Part shown: positions 61,253 through 64,000 of the stretch, piece after piece | Layout of the letters: every line of letters starts with the position of its first letter | How positions within the stretch are numbered: the first letter of the stretch is position 1 | Assembly: GCA_051362555.1 (NCBI GenBank) | Contig: CM120645.1 | Location: 23,464,934-23,528,933, forward strand | Direction: 5' to 3' | DNA length: 64,000 nucleotides | Source: Lingula anatina | Lineage: Eukaryota; Animalia; Brachiopoda | The notes under the pieces: model-generated | Database searches by the model: none | The model's input: the letters and a program-made list of their open reading frames with translations, nothing else | What the model was told of the DNA's origin: nothing | Position numbers and translations under genes: made by a program

Positions 61253-63167
61253 CTATGGCAGCTGATCCTCCATATCACCACAGTTGAAGGTGAACACCAT
61301 TCGACCGTCGACCACATATTCGGTTCCATTTTTGTACCGAGGGGAGATCCCACGCATTCTTCCTACACCGAAATCGGGTGAAGAGAGACTGGTCACGTGC
61401 GGATTGGAGACAGAGTAGCTTCCTGTTTCATACCCGGCGTCTTGACCCAAGGGCATGGAAAGCACAAGAATTGGAACGCGATCTTCCGCTTGCAGCTTAA
61501 TTTCGTTATCGAAGCCCTTTGCCCCGGGTTTTATGTAGTAGACTCGAGACCTGACGGCGCTTCTTGCCGGAATGACCATTCCCTGATTTAGGCCCGTGGT
61601 TACAGTAAACTCATCTCTGATCAAAATCATCCACCCAACACTGTAAACCCTGGAACCGTAAAAACGACTTTCATTGCCACGCGACTCCGAATAAAGTCTA
61701 TAATTAGAGTATTCTGGTAGGACCGAGAGTCTAAAAATTATGCGAACTCCCGCGGGCTCGAGGAACAGAGTTGATGGATCAACCCCTGACAAGGCATCGT
61801 CACCAACGTTCAAATCAATGCCGTACCAGTCGTTTAAAAATTGTAGGAACTTCCTCCCTTCAGCTGCGATGCTGGCGTTCGTGTGTCGACCAAAATATCG
61901 GTGTACTTTGTACCATTCTTCGGTGGAGAATCCTTGGCTCGGAATGCCATCGTTGCTGCCATGGCTAGCCATAGTGTAGACGACGCACAAGTTTTCTCCC
62001 GACACCACCATTGGCAATGCCAAGAAACACAGGAGGGAAAAGAGATGCAATACCTTAAGAAAAAAAAAGAAAAGAAACAGAGTCACCTTAATACAGTATC
62101 CACGAGATATATGTAGGCTATGTTTCTGCAAATTTACGCAAAGATTTAAATTTAGTTGCAAGACATCCAAAACTTTTCATATCGAGTAGAACAGTTTCAT
62201 TAGCTATGTTATTATAATAGACTTGTGAAGATTCTTTTGTCTATAGCTATTTATATTAGTTTGATCTTACCATCCAATATTTCATCTGCTTGCAGTCAGA
62301 TTTCATCAGGGAATGAGGTTGTGACAGGTATGACAACCTGTCACCCCCTCTGGAATCGGAATGATGGGACTGAGCTACCCAACCTCTACCTACCACTCCT
62401 AAGGGAGGGGCAGGCAAGGGGGGGGATCTGACCAAATAGCACACCAGAGGGGGTGACAGGTTGTCATACCTGTCACAACCTCATTCCCTGATGAAATCTG
62501 ACTGCAAGCAGATGAAATATTGGATGGTAAGATCAAACTAATATAAATAGCTATAGACAAAAGAATCTTCACAAGTCTATTTTCATATCGAGTTTAAGAA
62601 GGGAGTTTCGACGTATCATCTACTCCCCCAAACTAACCTCGCATGTTGGCAACTTAATAAACAGTTTAATATAAAAATATACAGTTTAATTATAAAAAAT
62701 ACTAATGGCTTATAGAAGCTCTAATTCTCTGGTATCTTTCGGAAAGGGAGACGAACATCAAAGAGAAGGCCAATGAATGTTGTCGGTTCCGATAAAGATT
62801 GTATCACGTCCACCCTTTAAAATTATTGAAAGGATATTTTAAAAGTCTTTGAAAAGCAATAGCCACACGAGACCTGCGCCTGTACCCAGTTTAGTAAAAA
62901 AAAAAAGATTGTGTTACTGAAGAGCACAAAATGAAACTGAGTGCTTTCCTGGGTTTAGTTTCCAATAAACTCTTATTATTCATCTGAGGGCAATGCGAAC
63001 AGTACAACACCAACAGCCTGCTAAACTAAATGTCAAAAACATATCATCTACAATACGCAAGAGGACGAATTTATCACCGGTGTCCACCGCTGTCATAAGG
63101 TTGAAATGCCTTATAATGGGCACAGTACTTGTGGGTATTTGATAAACTCTATCGCTGTACTCACCAT
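61253..63167 (-). CDS. Uncharacterised secreted protein, array copy G (divergent subfamily, 5-aa deletion)
   Basis: ATG exon 63165-63167. Exon 2 spans 61253-62053 (801 bp) and is open. Confidence 0.87.
62188..62580. mobile_element. Penelope-like inverted-repeat insertion in the intron of copy G
   Basis: Perfect 137-bp inverted arms at 62217-62353 and 62444-62580 around a 90-bp spacer. A 13-bp TSD TTTCATATCGAGT lies at 62175-62187 and 62581-62593. Confidence 0.75.
62482..62527 (+). ncRNA. Minimal type-I hammerhead ribozyme motif (mirror copy on the minus strand at ~62270-62315)
   Basis: cauucc-CUGAUGA-a-AUCUG-acugcaag-CAGAU-GAAA-UA-UU-ggaug. This gives the conserved core boxes, a 5-bp stem II, a palindromic minimal stem III (AAUAUU) and an imperfect stem I. 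Confidence 0.6.
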
Positions 63168-64000
63168 GTTTAATGTCATCGGAGACTACTGAGACGCTCA
63201 AATGTGTCCCTGGCTATATCTTCTTGGTACACCTCTTTGGTTGACTAGTGAACGGCAACTGAACAGCGGCGTCGTGAAGTATTCAATTTATAGACAGTCA
63301 AAAAGAGTTAATGGTACCGTTATCTTAATGCGATTTTCACGATATAATTTTTGAGACGCCCGTATGAACAAAGGTTTAAGTGCCTTTAATGGAAAAGCTT
63401 TAAGTAACCTTTAAAATAAAAATAGATCAGCAAGCAGTATTTTATCAGGGACTGTAATTGACTGGTCCAAAAGAAAAAGAAAAAAACGCTGATTAACCAC
63501 ATAGGAAGAACATTGACAATTTGGACAACCAGTTACCTACTCAAACAGCATCAAGATAACAATGAAGTCTAAAATATGGCGTGGATTTGTTGGTGGGTGC
63601 TTTAAAGCAAGAAGTTGTACAAGTTCTTGCCCAAGGCTTAGGCACTTGTAATCTATGCAGCCATTTTATAACTTCCACTTTGATCAAGCAAAAGGTCGTA
63701 CATTGCTATAATGCTGGTAAGCAGAAACGCAGTGAATGACAACTTCTGAACAAATTAGTTATTATGCGTTTACATTTTGAATCAGAAACGCGTTACCAAG
63801 CCTATACACCCCCCCCCCGTTATTTATCAGGAATTTCTCCCCCCCCCCCCCCCATCAGAGGGGACATAGTCAAACAGTCAAGCAGCAACAAAATTACCAA
63901 ATTTGTATTTGACTAAATTTCCAAAGACAGGCCACCATCTTCCTCCTGTAAATACAAATAAATGAGCAACAGAAAGAGTGAAATCTACCGCCATTTTAAC

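Overview
AT-rich, intron-containing animal genomic DNA; an invertebrate, possibly a lophotrochozoan, but the taxon is only an inference. From left to right: (1) four 5-exon type-B carboxylesterase genes (1-19.6 kb). Three are on the minus strand and one on the plus strand. Two are intact with a hydrophobic GPI-like tail, one has a frameshift and one has two nonsense codons. Asp replaces the usual catalytic Glu in the three copies where that site lies inside the window. (2) An intact 8-exon Mu-class glutathione S-transferase (20.4-24.8 kb). (3) A tandem array of seven paralogues, plus one collapsed relic, of an uncharacterised ~270-aa secreted protein (26.6-63.3 kb). Each has an ATG-only first exon, most keep a TATA/Inr promoter, and several repeat units carry orphan copies of GST exon 6. 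(4) A very young, full-length Ty3/Gypsy element with a PNMA-like gag, a -1 frameshift signal and a dUTPase-like linker, nested inside a hairpin-ended Crypton-like element. (5) Several MITEs and Tc1 remnants, plus an intronic 137-bp perfect inverted repeat whose arms carry minimal Penelope-type hammerhead ribozyme motifs. Exon boundaries were read by eye, and no database searches were run.
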